Shown piece after piece: positions 43,893 through 52,611 of a DNA stretch of 64,000 bases. Position 1 is the first letter of the stretch; each line of letters opens with the position of its first letter. The notes below the pieces were generated by a model. That model made no database searches. It had not been told where the DNA came from and saw only the letters and a program-made list of their open reading frames with translations. The stretch comes from Candidatus Gottesmanbacteria bacterium GW2011_GWA2_43_14 (GTDB lineage: Bacteria > Patescibacteriota > Microgenomatia > 2-02-FULL-39-11), in NCBI GenBank assembly GCA_000999095.1, contig LCFP01000001.1, positions 10,230 through 74,229 on the forward strand, given 5' to 3'. The translations under genes and the position numbers were made by a program.

Positions 43893-44453
43893 ATGTGGAA
43901 AAAAATTCGTAAAAAATTTGATTTTCCCGAATCATATATTTCCATTACTCTCGGCTTTTTAGTCGTCTTAGTTGCAGGCATTCTGACTTATAACTATTTC
44001 AGTAAAAACCAGATAACCTTTCGTCAGGAACAGCAAAAACAGGAGGAAGCACAAAAACAGCAGGAACAGGCTAAACTCATGGAACTTCCTGCCAAATATA
44101 CTGTCAAAGCTTCCGATAATCTTTGGAAAATCGCTGAAAAATACTACGGCTCAGGCTACAATTGGGTTTCTATTGCCAAAGCCAACAATGTTCTGGCAGC
44201 CAATCCGGATTATGTGGAAAGCGGTTGGGAACTGACGATTCCGGAGGCAGATGTCATCAGACCACCTGGAGATATTTCAGCAACAGCCAGTGTCCAACCC
44301 AAGGAATATACAGTACAAAAAGGCGATACGCTCTGGGGCATTGCTGAAAGGGAAGCAGGATCAGGTTACGATTGGACCAAAATTGCGCAGTACAACGGCA
44401 TGCAGAACCCTGATCTTATCTTTTCCGGCAACGTCATTAAAATCCCTCGTTAA
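43893..44453 (+). CDS. Membrane-anchored protein with two LysM peptidoglycan-binding domains
   Basis: Two repeats, YTVKASDNLWKIAEKYYG.. and YTVQKGDTLWGIAERE.., following an N-terminal TM helix. Confidence 0.7.
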   Translation: MWKKIRKKFDFPESYISITLGFLVVLVAGILTYNYFSKNQITFRQEQQKQEEAQKQQEQAKLMELPAKYTVKASDNLWKIAEKYYGSGYNWVSIAKANNVLAANPDYVESGWELTIPEADVIRPPGDISATASVQPKEYTVQKGDTLWGIAEREAGSGYDWTKIAQYNGMQNPDLIFSGNVIKIPR

Positions 44454-44531
44454 CAGGAGAAAGTCTTAAAACTTTAAAAATAGCCGCTTTCTGCGGATTG
44501 TTTTTATATCCTTTAACCAAATCAGCTTGTC

Positions 44532-44559
44532 TTGAAGATATTCCCCTTTTTGTTATACT
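44532..44559 (+). promoter_or_regulatory. Strong sigma70-like promoter for tRNA-Gly
   Basis: TTGAAG, 16-nt spacer, extended -10 TGtTATACT, 7-9 nt before the tRNA 5' end. Confidence 0.55.
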
Positions 44560-44568
44560 TTCAATCGC

Positions 44569-44643
44569 GCGGGCGTAGTTCAGCGGTAGAATGTCTCCTT
44601 CCCAAGGAGAAGGTCGTGGGTTCAAATCCCATCGCCCGCTCCA
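44569..44643 (+). tRNA. tRNA-Gly (anticodon CCC), CCA encoded
   Basis: GCGGGCGTAGTTCAGCGGTAGAA...; anticodon arm TCTCC-TTCCCAA-GGAGA; T-loop GGTTCAAATCC. Confidence 0.85.
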
Positions 44644-44820
44644 TACGGTAATGATTTAGGGTTTTTACAAAATTGCTTCGAGAAATCTAGATTTCCCCGA
44701 GTTCGAGCCATAAAATTCACAATAATTGCGTTAGCCTGGAAAATTAGAATACGGGTAACGGGAATCGAACCATCACTAACTATAGCAGTCATGATGATTG
44801 TCTGCTAAAATCAGGTTGTC

Positions 44821-45975
44821 ATGAACAACCAATTAACAGCCACTCATCACACACTCGATTTCAATTTGCTCCCGCCCGATAAATTCGCTCAAATTGGCCA
44901 CTGGCTGGCCGAGGATACAGGCGAATACAGGACTGTTGACTACTACGAGGGCTCCGGCGACAAGGGCAGAGATGTTATTGGTATTACCCACGATGAGGAT
45001 CTGGACTATTTCCAATGTAAAAAATACAAGGATATTACTTTCGGCGTTCTCAAGACAGAGCTGGATAAAATTGCCGGTTATATTAAAACTGGGGAGATTG
45101 ACCGCCCCAGAAGGATTTGCTTTGTGATTTCCTCTCCAGCGTCACCCGACGCAAGAGACAAAGCTAAAGCCTATGCTCAGAGCGTTGATCTACCAACGCC
45201 TGATTTTTGGGGTCCGGTAGTTCTTGATAAGAAGGTTAAGACTAATAATCAAGCCCTTAAAAACTTTTTCAATATCTCTGAGGAAGAAGAACACTTACCT
45301 CAAATCGATGTGGATGGGTTAATCGCTGGCAGCAATCAAGAAACAAGATTCACCATAATTAACACCGGTGATGTGCCAGCAATTGAGTGTAGTTGGGAGA
45401 TAAAAGGATTTGCGTGGGGAAGCTATCCTGGCCAACCAAAAAATTTTACTTTAGCACCACAGGAGAAAAAGGAGTTGAGAATTGCAATGGAGCATGACTT
45501 TATGAAGAAGAATCAGATCAGAGAGCTGCGACTGCATTTTGAATTTAGGAACGGCAAAGGTAGCTGGTTTTTCTCTGAAAGGTTGTTCAAGATTCAACTT
45601 GTTCCAAGCCAAGCATTTTACAGAATCCACCCAGAGCCAGGAGATTATATCGCCGTGCAACCATTGACTAAGTTCACGATTGACGAGATTGAATCTCGGC
45701 CACCCACAGGGCTTAATGTTACAACCTCGGTCAAATATACCTTCCAAAAGGAAACAAGATACCTTGAGATACAAGTTTCTAGGACGTTGCAGGAGGGTAT
45801 ATGGAGATTTAGCACTGACGAGCTTAACTATGCACTCAAGGAACTTGCCGAGAGAAAGATCTTCCAGATGATAAGGACAGGCGATTTCGAGGATAAGTTT
45901 GTCGTCAACAGTTACTTGAAGCCTACGCAAGAGACCGGCTTTGAAGCGTATAAAGAGTTGAGGGATTCCATCTAA
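44821..45975 (+). CDS. Mrr-cat (PD-(D/E)xK restriction-endonuclease-like) domain protein with an ~250-aa uncharacterised C-terminal region
   Basis: FAQIGHWLAEDTGEYRTV...GSGDKGRDVIGI...FQCKKYKDIT matches the Mrr_cat pattern (GDGGIDG...QCKRY). The C-terminus has no recognisable motif beyond a possible beta-sandwich (TIINTGDVPAIE). Confidence 0.6.
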   Translation: MNNQLTATHHTLDFNLLPPDKFAQIGHWLAEDTGEYRTVDYYEGSGDKGRDVIGITHDEDLDYFQCKKYKDITFGVLKTELDKIAGYIKTGEIDRPRRICFVISSPASPDARDKAKAYAQSVDLPTPDFWGPVVLDKKVKTNNQALKNFFNISEEEEHLPQIDVDGLIAGSNQETRFTIINTGDVPAIECSWEIKGFAWGSYPGQPKNFTLAPQEKKELRIAMEHDFMKKNQIRELRLHFEFRNGKGSWFFSERLFKIQLVPSQAFYRIHPEPGDYIAVQPLTKFTIDEIESRPPTGLNVTTSVKYTFQKETRYLEIQVSRTLQEGIWRFSTDELNYALKELAERKIFQMIRTGDFEDKFVVNSYLKPTQETGFEAYKELRDSI

Positions 45976-46122
45976 AAAGCGACTTCTGTGGCTAAGATGG
46001 ATCACTCGCGTGCCATCAATTCTCTAAAAGTAAGATACCTTCACCACAGAGATCATTCGGTAGTCGTAGTATATCAATTTGGCTCGACTTTTTCTCCCCA
46101 AAGTTATAAAATGTAGATACAT

Positions 46123-46845
46123 ATGTGGACTAAGCAGGACATTATTAAAGAGCTTCAAAGATACGCTAAAGAGATTGGCAAAACTCCAAGTCAAAAAGTA
46201 TTTTTCGACAACACCGAGGTTGGAATATATGATCGGATGAGATTTTGGCCCAACTATGGTGAGCTTGTGCGCGAAGCAGGATTAACTCCTAATGAGTTTG
46301 ATAAAACTAAATACAATCACGATCAACTATGTCGTCTATTTATTCGCATGGTTCGTGATGGGGGTAAGTGGCCAACCAGAGGCATTTTAGATGTTAAACA
46401 TCACTCTGACCTCAGCTTTCCAGATTCATCAACTTTTTATAAAAAACTTGGTTTGACTAGTGAATTGGCAAAAACAATCCTAAAATTTGTTGGTGATAAA
46501 CGTGGATATAAAGATATAGTAGATATTTGTAATATAGTGATTCGAGAAAACGAAGATATAAATTTTCCGGCAGAAGAAGGTGTGGTTCCGGGTTACATAT
46601 ATTTAGGTAAACAGAACGGAAGCTATAAAATAGGTAAATCGAAAAATCCAAATCGTCGTCGTGAAGATATTACACTTTTAGGATCTGAACCATTTGAGTT
46701 AGTACACGAGATAAAAACAGATGATATGAACGGTGTTGAAAAGTATTGGCATGAAAGATTTAAGTCAAGGCATAAAAGAGGTGAGTGGTTTAATTTGACT
46801 AGAACAGATATTAGTGCATTTAAGCAATGGAAGAAAATTGCTTAA
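46123..46845 (+). CDS. T5orf172 / MUG113 (GIY-YIG superfamily) domain protein with an unknown N-terminal domain
   Basis: C-terminus GYIYLGKQNGSYKIGKSKNPNRRREDI...HEIKTDDMNGVEKYWHERFKSRHKRGEWFNL is the T5orf172 signature. Confidence 0.6.
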   Translation: MWTKQDIIKELQRYAKEIGKTPSQKVFFDNTEVGIYDRMRFWPNYGELVREAGLTPNEFDKTKYNHDQLCRLFIRMVRDGGKWPTRGILDVKHHSDLSFPDSSTFYKKLGLTSELAKTILKFVGDKRGYKDIVDICNIVIRENEDINFPAEEGVVPGYIYLGKQNGSYKIGKSKNPNRRREDITLLGSEPFELVHEIKTDDMNGVEKYWHERFKSRHKRGEWFNLTRTDISAFKQWKKIA

Positions 46846-47389
46846 TTTGCATATTATCGCTAGCTCTACTTTCGCCTCTTCAGAAAACTACCTAAAACCT
46901 CCTGAAATAAACATAAGTCAACAGTCTTGAGGTGGTTTTTAAATTCGGTCAGTTGTACAATTAATTCTCGAGTAATGGAAGACCGGAGTATGATTTTGAT
47001 AGTAGTAGGAAACGTCATATCAGACTGGCTTAGAAGATATGATTTTATATGGTCATCCAGACTAGGCAGGTTCGAGCTAAGTACGGTCACCAGCTCCAGA
47101 CAAATTCCTGAAAATGAAAAGCTTATCTATTTTTCAAAGACTTGAATCATCGGACACAATTACTTTTCCCCTCTTCTCTTGTTTGGATTAAGTGTTTTTT
47201 TCGATTATGGGCTGAGCAGTACGCTTTCACTCATTTGGGCAATACATATCGCCGGTGACAGAACGTTTGGTCTGGGTCTAAAGCTTCTGAAGGGCTTAAA
47301 ACACACTTACCTGGGAAAAATCTGATCTTTGAGCAGGATGTCATCGGAGATTGGTTCGACAACGGTTGTATTATAATCAGCTTTAACAT

Positions 47390-47602
47390 ATGGCTGACAT
47401 CGGAAAGCTATTAATTACTCTGGGTATTGTCTTGGTTTTGCTGGGTTTTTTCTTCACTTTTTCCGTCAAGATTCCTTTTATTGGCAAATTGCCCGGAGAC
47501 ATACTCATTAAAAAAGACGGCTTTACCTTTTATTTTCCCCTGACCACTTCTATTATCATCAGCCTTCTTGTATCTTTAATTCTTAAGTTTTTCCAAAAAT
47601 AA
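47390..47602 (+). CDS. Small 2-TM membrane protein (DUF2905-like)
   Basis: 70 aa, hydrophobic, ending KFFQK. Confidence 0.4.
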   Translation: MADIGKLLITLGIVLVLLGFFFTFSVKIPFIGKLPGDILIKKDGFTFYFPLTTSIIISLLVSLILKFFQK

Positions 47603-47618
47603 AAGTATAATCAGGAGT

Positions 47619-48461
47619 GTGAATTACAAGATACGCACAGCTGTCAGGCATGAAATTTCAACTGTCATCGGCTGGGCGAAAGCCGAAGGATGGAATCCGG
47701 GCATTTATGATGCCGATACTTTTTTTTCATCTTTTCCCGACGGTTTTTTAGTCGGCCTTCTCGACGGTAAACCGGTTTCATTCATTTCCGCAGTAAGTTA
47801 CGGGAATGCTTTCGGCTTTATCGGTTTGTATATTGTTTCCGGGCCATACCGCGGTCGCGGATACGGGCTTAAAATATGGAACCGGGCAATTGCCAAGTTA
47901 TCGGGCCGTAATGTCGGGCTTGACGGAGTTACTGAACAACAGAACAACTACAAAAAGTCGGGTTTCAGGCTGGCTTACAGGAATATCCGCTTTCAGGGAA
48001 ATAATTTGAACATGGAAATCGATGACGGACATATTCTGCCTCTTTCCCTCATTCCCATAAAACAGGTCAGCGCATATGATCATAAAATCTTTCCGGCCGA
48101 AAGACCGCTCTTTCTTAAAGCATGGTTGACACAACCCCAAAGCTTGGCTATAGGTTATGTTAAGAATGGCGCTTTGCAGGGATACGGCCTCATCCGCCCC
48201 TGCCAATCAGGCTTTAAGATCGGACCGCTGTTTGCGGAAACGGAGCCGGTCGCGGATAAATTATTGGCAAAACTGATGCAATATGCGCCGAACGACAAAC
48301 CGGTATTTCTGGATGTACCTGAAATAAACCGGCCGGCAGTTTTATTGGCCGGACGCTACAAGATGAAGCCTGTTTTTGAAACCGCACGTATGTACAGCCG
48401 AAACCAGCCAGATGTTCCCATACAAAAGGTCTTCGGCGTGACTTCTTTTGAATTCGGATGA
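47619..48461 (+). CDS. GNAT-family N-acetyltransferase with a YitH-like C-terminal domain
   Basis: GRGYGLKIWNRAI acetyl-CoA motif. Confidence 0.7.
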   Translation: MNYKIRTAVRHEISTVIGWAKAEGWNPGIYDADTFFSSFPDGFLVGLLDGKPVSFISAVSYGNAFGFIGLYIVSGPYRGRGYGLKIWNRAIAKLSGRNVGLDGVTEQQNNYKKSGFRLAYRNIRFQGNNLNMEIDDGHILPLSLIPIKQVSAYDHKIFPAERPLFLKAWLTQPQSLAIGYVKNGALQGYGLIRPCQSGFKIGPLFAETEPVADKLLAKLMQYAPNDKPVFLDVPEINRPAVLLAGRYKMKPVFETARMYSRNQPDVPIQKVFGVTSFEFG

Positions 48462-48482
48462 TCAATTTTCCTGCAATTCAAG

Positions 48483-49256
48483 TTATGCCGTCAGGGTAAA
48501 GTAAAAAGAGGATCCCTGACCTTCCCGGCTTTCAAACCAGATCCTGCCGCCGTGCCTTCTGACCATTTCCCGCGAAAGATAAAGCCCCAAGCCCAGGCTG
48601 GGATCGTCCTTTCTCCTGGTTTTGTCGATCTGGTAAAATTTTTCAAAGATTCTCTCATGATGTTCTTCTGGGATGCCGAATCCCTCATCTTTTATTTTAA
48701 ACAGCAAATTTTTCTCATTTTTACGGTAATGAAGCAGGATCGGGCTTGCCGGACGCGAAAACTTAACAGAGTTTAGCAATAAATTAAAAATTACCTGCCT
48801 GATTTGTCTTTGGTCTCCGTAAACAAGTTCTTCGGTTTGACCCTTGACGGTAATCCTGCGGATTCCGCTTGCTGCCTCGATTTCCTCCGCCGTTTCACGC
48901 ACTAAACGGTTCAGATTGAATAGTACTTTTTTCGGTTTATAACCCCCGTTATCAATTATCGACAGATTAAGAAGCTCATCCATTAATCTGGACAAAGAGG
49001 ATATCTGCAAATTCATCTTGATGGTAATTTTTGAAGCCAAAACATCCTGTTTTTTCATCAGGTAGCGGTAGAGGATTTCTCCGTATCCGGTCATTGAGGT
49101 CAGGGGAGTCTTCAGTTCATGGCTGAGAATGCTTAAAAATTCGCTTTTGCTTTCCTCCAGTTGCCGGCGTTGCCGGAACAAAATTCTGGCAGAAACCAGA
49201 TAATAAACCAGACAGAAAATATTAACCAGCAATAAGAGACTTAGAATTTGGCCCAT
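48483..49256 (-). CDS. Sensor histidine kinase (1 TM, HisKA plus HATPase_c). No response regulator is adjacent.
   Basis: SHELKTPLTSMTGYGEIL H-box and GLGLYLSREMV...G-box. Confidence 0.75.
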   Translation of the reverse strand: MGQILSLLLLVNIFCLVYYLVSARILFRQRRQLEESKSEFLSILSHELKTPLTSMTGYGEILYRYLMKKQDVLASKITIKMNLQISSLSRLMDELLNLSIIDNGGYKPKKVLFNLNRLVRETAEEIEAASGIRRITVKGQTEELVYGDQRQIRQVIFNLLLNSVKFSRPASPILLHYRKNEKNLLFKIKDEGFGIPEEHHERIFEKFYQIDKTRRKDDPSLGLGLYLSREMVRRHGGRIWFESREGQGSSFYFTLTA

Positions 49257-49296
49257 AATACCAGTTAAAACTTAAAATATTGGAAAAATTAGGGGT

Positions 49297-49932
49297 TTAA
49301 GTAAGAAAGAAATCATGGCGTTTCTTTTCCTTTTTAAGTGTTGAAGCTTCACCGTGTCCGGGTTTGATTTCAGTATCCGCCGGCAGAGCGAAAATAATTT
49401 CCAGGGATTTTGCCAGATCTGTCGGACTGGAATAGGAGAAATCAGTCCGCCCGACTCCCCCGCCGGCAAAAAGCGTATCGCCGGAAATTAGGCACTTTTC
49501 CTTTTCGAGGTACAGGCAGACACTGCCGGGAGTATGGCCGGGAGTCCCTATCACTCTGATCTTATGACCGCCCAAAGCAATAATTTCATTTTCCTGTAAA
49601 AAATTGTCAGCATCCGGAGGGGGGTCTGTTTGGATGCCCAGAAAATGGCCGGCTGATTGCCTCATATTCTTGACCAGGAATTCATCTTTTTGATTTATGA
49701 GGAAAGGAATGTTATATGCCAGTTTAAGCTCGGTAACTGCCATGATATGGTCGAAGTGCCCGTGGGTAGCTAAAATAGTCAGGGGTTTTGCCCGGTGGTC
49801 GGCAATGATTCTTTCAAGATAGTCTCCGTCATCACCCGGATCGACAATCAGGCAGTCTCTGTTTTCGGCAATGAGCAGATAACAGTTGGATTGCATCTGG
49901 CCTACAGGCAAAGTAATGATATTAAATTCCAT
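49297..49932 (-). CDS. MBL-fold metallo-hydrolase (glyoxalase II-like)
   Basis: ILATHGHFDHI and GHTPGS motifs. Confidence 0.75.
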   Translation of the reverse strand: MEFNIITLPVGQMQSNCYLLIAENRDCLIVDPGDDGDYLERIIADHRAKPLTILATHGHFDHIMAVTELKLAYNIPFLINQKDEFLVKNMRQSAGHFLGIQTDPPPDADNFLQENEIIALGGHKIRVIGTPGHTPGSVCLYLEKEKCLISGDTLFAGGGVGRTDFSYSSPTDLAKSLEIIFALPADTEIKPGHGEASTLKKEKKRHDFFLT

Positions 49933-49992
49933 TTTTTATTATTTTAACAGATAAATTTCTTGACAAAAACTCAGTCCGGGAATAATATCATG

Positions 49993-50117
49993 GTATTCCT
50001 TCGGGGTAGGGTGAGATTCCCAATCGGCGGTATAACCCGCGAGGTCCCGATTTAATCGGGACCATGATCAGGCTGAATTCCTGAGTCGACCGTAAAGTCG
50101 GGATGGAAGAAGGATTA
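49993..50117 (+). ncRNA. FMN riboswitch (RFN element)
   Basis: P1 5' TTCCTTC...GAAGGA 3'. Conserved cores GGGTGAGATTCCC, CGGCGGTATAACCCGCGAG and GACCGTAAAGTCGGGATGGAAGAAGGA match the RFN consensus. It is followed by the hairpin CCGGCtgttttGCCGG and then the RBS/ATG of the downstream transporter. Confidence 0.8.
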
Positions 50118-50179
50118 CTATACCGGCTGTTTTGCCGGAAATATTATAAATGTTTACCCCGAAGCTAGGGGTATTTTTT

Positions 50180-50773
50180 ATGAATGAAAAACAGAAAGTC
50201 CAACCGGTTGCCGGTGTCCGGGTTATCGTCTTATCGGCCGCTTTAGCCAGTTTGTCCGCCTTTTTGCAGCTTTATCATTTGGGTTACCAGTCACCCCAGT
50301 GGGGCATGTGGCTTGATTTTGTAGCGGTCACCTGGATTGTCGCTTATTTCCTCTTCGGCTGGCGATCAGCCTTAATTGTCTCCGTTCTGGGGGCAATTAT
50401 CATTACTCTCTTTGCACCTGATACCTGGCTTGGCGCTTCCATGAAATTTGTGGCCACCGTCCCCATTTGGATCAGTCTGGCAGTCTGGGGCCGTCGCTAC
50501 AGCAATCCGAAAAATCTGATTGTTCCCTTTATCGCAGGCAATATTTTGAGGCTGATGTTGGTCCTGCCATTAAATTACTACTATGCTATACCCATCTGGA
50601 CCGGAATGACTCCGGTCCAGGCAATATCAGCCATTCCCTGGCCTGTTATTTCCCTTTTTAATATTGTCCAGAGCCTGATTGACCTCACACTGGCCTGGGT
50701 TTTGGTTTACCGGTTCCGACTGAACCGCTTCTCTGCCGGACAAAACCAGCATGAAGAAAATCTTAAATCTTAA
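50180..50773 (+). CDS. ECF-transporter substrate-specific (S) component, probably riboflavin (RibU-like). Start chosen at the second ATG, which has an AGGGG Shine-Dalgarno; the track starts at 50150.
   Basis: ~197-aa protein with 5-6 TM helices, immediately downstream of the FMN riboswitch and upstream of the ecfA/ecfT pair. Confidence 0.6.
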   Translation: MNEKQKVQPVAGVRVIVLSAALASLSAFLQLYHLGYQSPQWGMWLDFVAVTWIVAYFLFGWRSALIVSVLGAIIITLFAPDTWLGASMKFVATVPIWISLAVWGRRYSNPKNLIVPFIAGNILRLMLVLPLNYYYAIPIWTGMTPVQAISAIPWPVISLFNIVQSLIDLTLAWVLVYRFRLNRFSAGQNQHEENLKS

Positions 50774-51488
50774 AAACGTTTCGTTCAGTTATAGTCCGGA
50801 GCGTCCGGTTCTGTCAGGCATTAACCTGGAAATACCGCGAGGCTCGTTCACCGGCATTACCGGCAGCAACGGTTCGGGCAAAAGCACTTTTCTCTATCTT
50901 TTAAACGGTTTGATTCCCCATCTTATCCCCGGACTTTTCGAGGGAGATGTTTTTGTAGATGGACAAAATACCAGACAGCTGAAGATGGGCCTGCTTTCCC
51001 AAAAAGTGGGTTTGGTTTTTCAGAATCCGGATTTGGCTATTTTTAACCTAACCGTTGAGGAAGAAATCGCTTTCGGTCTGTCTAATTTCGGATATAAAAA
51101 CATCTCAGGGAAAATCCGTCAGGCTCTCTCAACTGTCGGTCTTCCAGGTTTTGAAAAAAGGGATCCGCAAAGTTTGTCATTTGGGGAAAAACAAAGGGTC
51201 AGTCTTGCTTCCATCCTGGCTCTGGATACCGACTGCCTCCTTCTCGATGAACCGACCGCCATGCTGGACTACCAAAGTTCAGAAGCTTTATATCTATTAT
51301 TGAAAAAGCTTAACCGTCAGGGAAAAACCATAATTGTCGTTGAACATGACACGGATTTCCTCTGGAAGTATGCCGGAGATGTCCTCATCCTGCATATGGG
51401 TAAAATCGCTGCCTATGGCCTAATCGAAAAGATTCTCACCGACAGGACCTTATTATCAAAAACCGGAGTCAAAAATCCGCATCTATGA
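50751..51488 (+). CDS. ecfA: ECF transporter ATPase component
   Basis: GSNGSGKST Walker A, LSFGEKQRV signature, LLLDEPT Walker B. Confidence 0.8.
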   Translation: MKKILNLKNVSFSYSPERPVLSGINLEIPRGSFTGITGSNGSGKSTFLYLLNGLIPHLIPGLFEGDVFVDGQNTRQLKMGLLSQKVGLVFQNPDLAIFNLTVEEEIAFGLSNFGYKNISGKIRQALSTVGLPGFEKRDPQSLSFGEKQRVSLASILALDTDCLLLDEPTAMLDYQSSEALYLLLKKLNRQGKTIIVVEHDTDFLWKYAGDVLILHMGKIAAYGLIEKILTDRTLLSKTGVKNPHL

Positions 51489-52045
51489 TTCGTATCAGAA
51501 TTTTTCTTCTACTAGCCGTTACCACAGTACTTCTGATCGTCAGACAACCGGCCTTGATTTTTACTTTTTTACTGCTGATAACTTTTTTTTCTTTTTTAAC
51601 TGTTCCTTACCATAAATTTATGGCCAGGCTGAAACCCCTGCTTTTCATTTCCTTTTTTATTATTATTTTCCAGCTGATATTCAACCTGTCGGTTTCACCT
51701 CTTGACCGGTTTTTGCTCGGGATTAATGCTGTAGCTAAAATCCTGGCGATTTCTTTATCGGTTTTTTATTTCACCACAACTACTTCCCTGGGTGAAATAA
51801 TAGGAGCTTTATCATTCCTGCCGTCCTCAGCCCGCCTGGCACTGACTGTCACCTTCAGCCTGATTCCGGCCGTGATCGAAGAAGGCAGGCAAATTTCCAT
51901 AGTGCAATCATCCCGGGGATTAAAAAAATCGATAAGAAATCCTCTGGCGGCTGTTATCCCCGTTATTATCCCGCTGATCCACCGGGTCTTGTCCCGGGCG
52001 GAAAAAATCAGCCTGGCTTTATATACTAAAGGTTATGGAAAATAA
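51485..52045 (+). CDS. ecfT: ECF transporter transmembrane (T) component, short
   Basis: Polytopic protein with SSARLAL and QSSRGL motifs. It is 186 aa, shorter than the typical EcfT. Confidence 0.6.
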   Translation: MIRIRIFLLLAVTTVLLIVRQPALIFTFLLLITFFSFLTVPYHKFMARLKPLLFISFFIIIFQLIFNLSVSPLDRFLLGINAVAKILAISLSVFYFTTTTSLGEIIGALSFLPSSARLALTVTFSLIPAVIEEGRQISIVQSSRGLKKSIRNPLAAVIPVIIPLIHRVLSRAEKISLALYTKGYGK

Positions 52046-52406
52046 AATATATTCTTCAAAGGTTATTCACGGCCGGAAAATAGGGAAAAAAATGGGTTTC
52101 CCGACAATTAATCTGGCCGATCCCGGAATATTGGCCGGGCATAAAGACGGAGTTTATGCTGCAACAGTCTCTATTGAAAACGAAAATCATCTCGGACTGC
52201 TTTATAAAGGGCCCAGGCTAATATTGGGAGAAACGGAAACAATATTGGAAATTTATCTTTTGGATTTTGAGAGAGAAATATACGGTCAGACTGTCTCTTT
52301 CAGACTGCTTAATTTCATCAGGGGAGTCATGGATTTTTCGGATACGGAGGCTTACAAAAAACAACTTAAAAAAGATGTTCAAGGGGCCGGAAAACTGCTA
52401 AAATAA
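52035..52406 (+). CDS. Monofunctional riboflavin kinase (flavokinase domain of RibF)
   Basis: GRKIGKKMGFPTINL...GVYAATV...LEIYLLDFEREIYGQ. Confidence 0.7.
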   Translation: MENKIYSSKVIHGRKIGKKMGFPTINLADPGILAGHKDGVYAATVSIENENHLGLLYKGPRLILGETETILEIYLLDFEREIYGQTVSFRLLNFIRGVMDFSDTEAYKKQLKKDVQGAGKLLK

Positions 52407-52417
52407 GACTGCGCTCA

Positions 52418-52488
52418 GCCTCTTTAGCTTAGTGGTAAAGCAGCGGTATCGTAAACCGCCGACGTCGGTTCGATTCCGACAAGGGGCT
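52418..52488 (+). tRNA. tRNA-Thr (anticodon CGT)
   Basis: Anticodon arm GCGGT-ATCGTAA-ACCGC; T arm GTCGG-TTCGATT-CCGAC; 71 nt, no CCA. Confidence 0.75.
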
Positions 52489-52611
52489 CAATATTGACTA
52501 TTCCATGCCGATACTTATATTTATTTGATGAGTTAATGAAAGCTATTGTTAACAATCTCTGTTTATCTCCTTATATGGTTTAGTATTTTAGCGGCTGGTA
52601 TAATGTAACTC

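Larger units (their letters stand above)
44644..47389. mobile_element. Low-GC genomic islet directly 3' of tRNA-Gly. It carries two nuclease-family ORFs and about 0.5 kb of non-coding DNA. No integrase and no flanking repeats were found.
   Basis: Visibly AT-richer than the flanks; it starts at the tRNA 3' end, and tRNA-like fragments lie at 44690-44710 and 44755-44780. Confidence 0.4.

Noticed and set aside
44690-44780. Two tRNA-like T-arm motifs (GAGTTCGAGCC on the plus strand, GGGAATCGAACC on the minus strand) just after tRNA-Gly
   Set aside because: Neither folds into a full cloverleaf with paired acceptor stems. They are noted only as possible insertion-site debris and not annotated as tRNAs.
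47100-47389. Search for a direct repeat of the tRNA-Gly 3' end marking the distal island boundary
   Set aside because: Only a 6-nt match (atcgcc) was found. An att duplication is not supported by eye, so the island boundaries remain approximate.
50150-50179. Upstream ATG (MFTPKLGVFF) as the start of the ECF S-component
   Set aside because: It lies inside the riboswitch expression-platform region with no Shine-Dalgarno. The second ATG at 50180 has an AGGGG Shine-Dalgarno and gives a typical S-component N-terminus.
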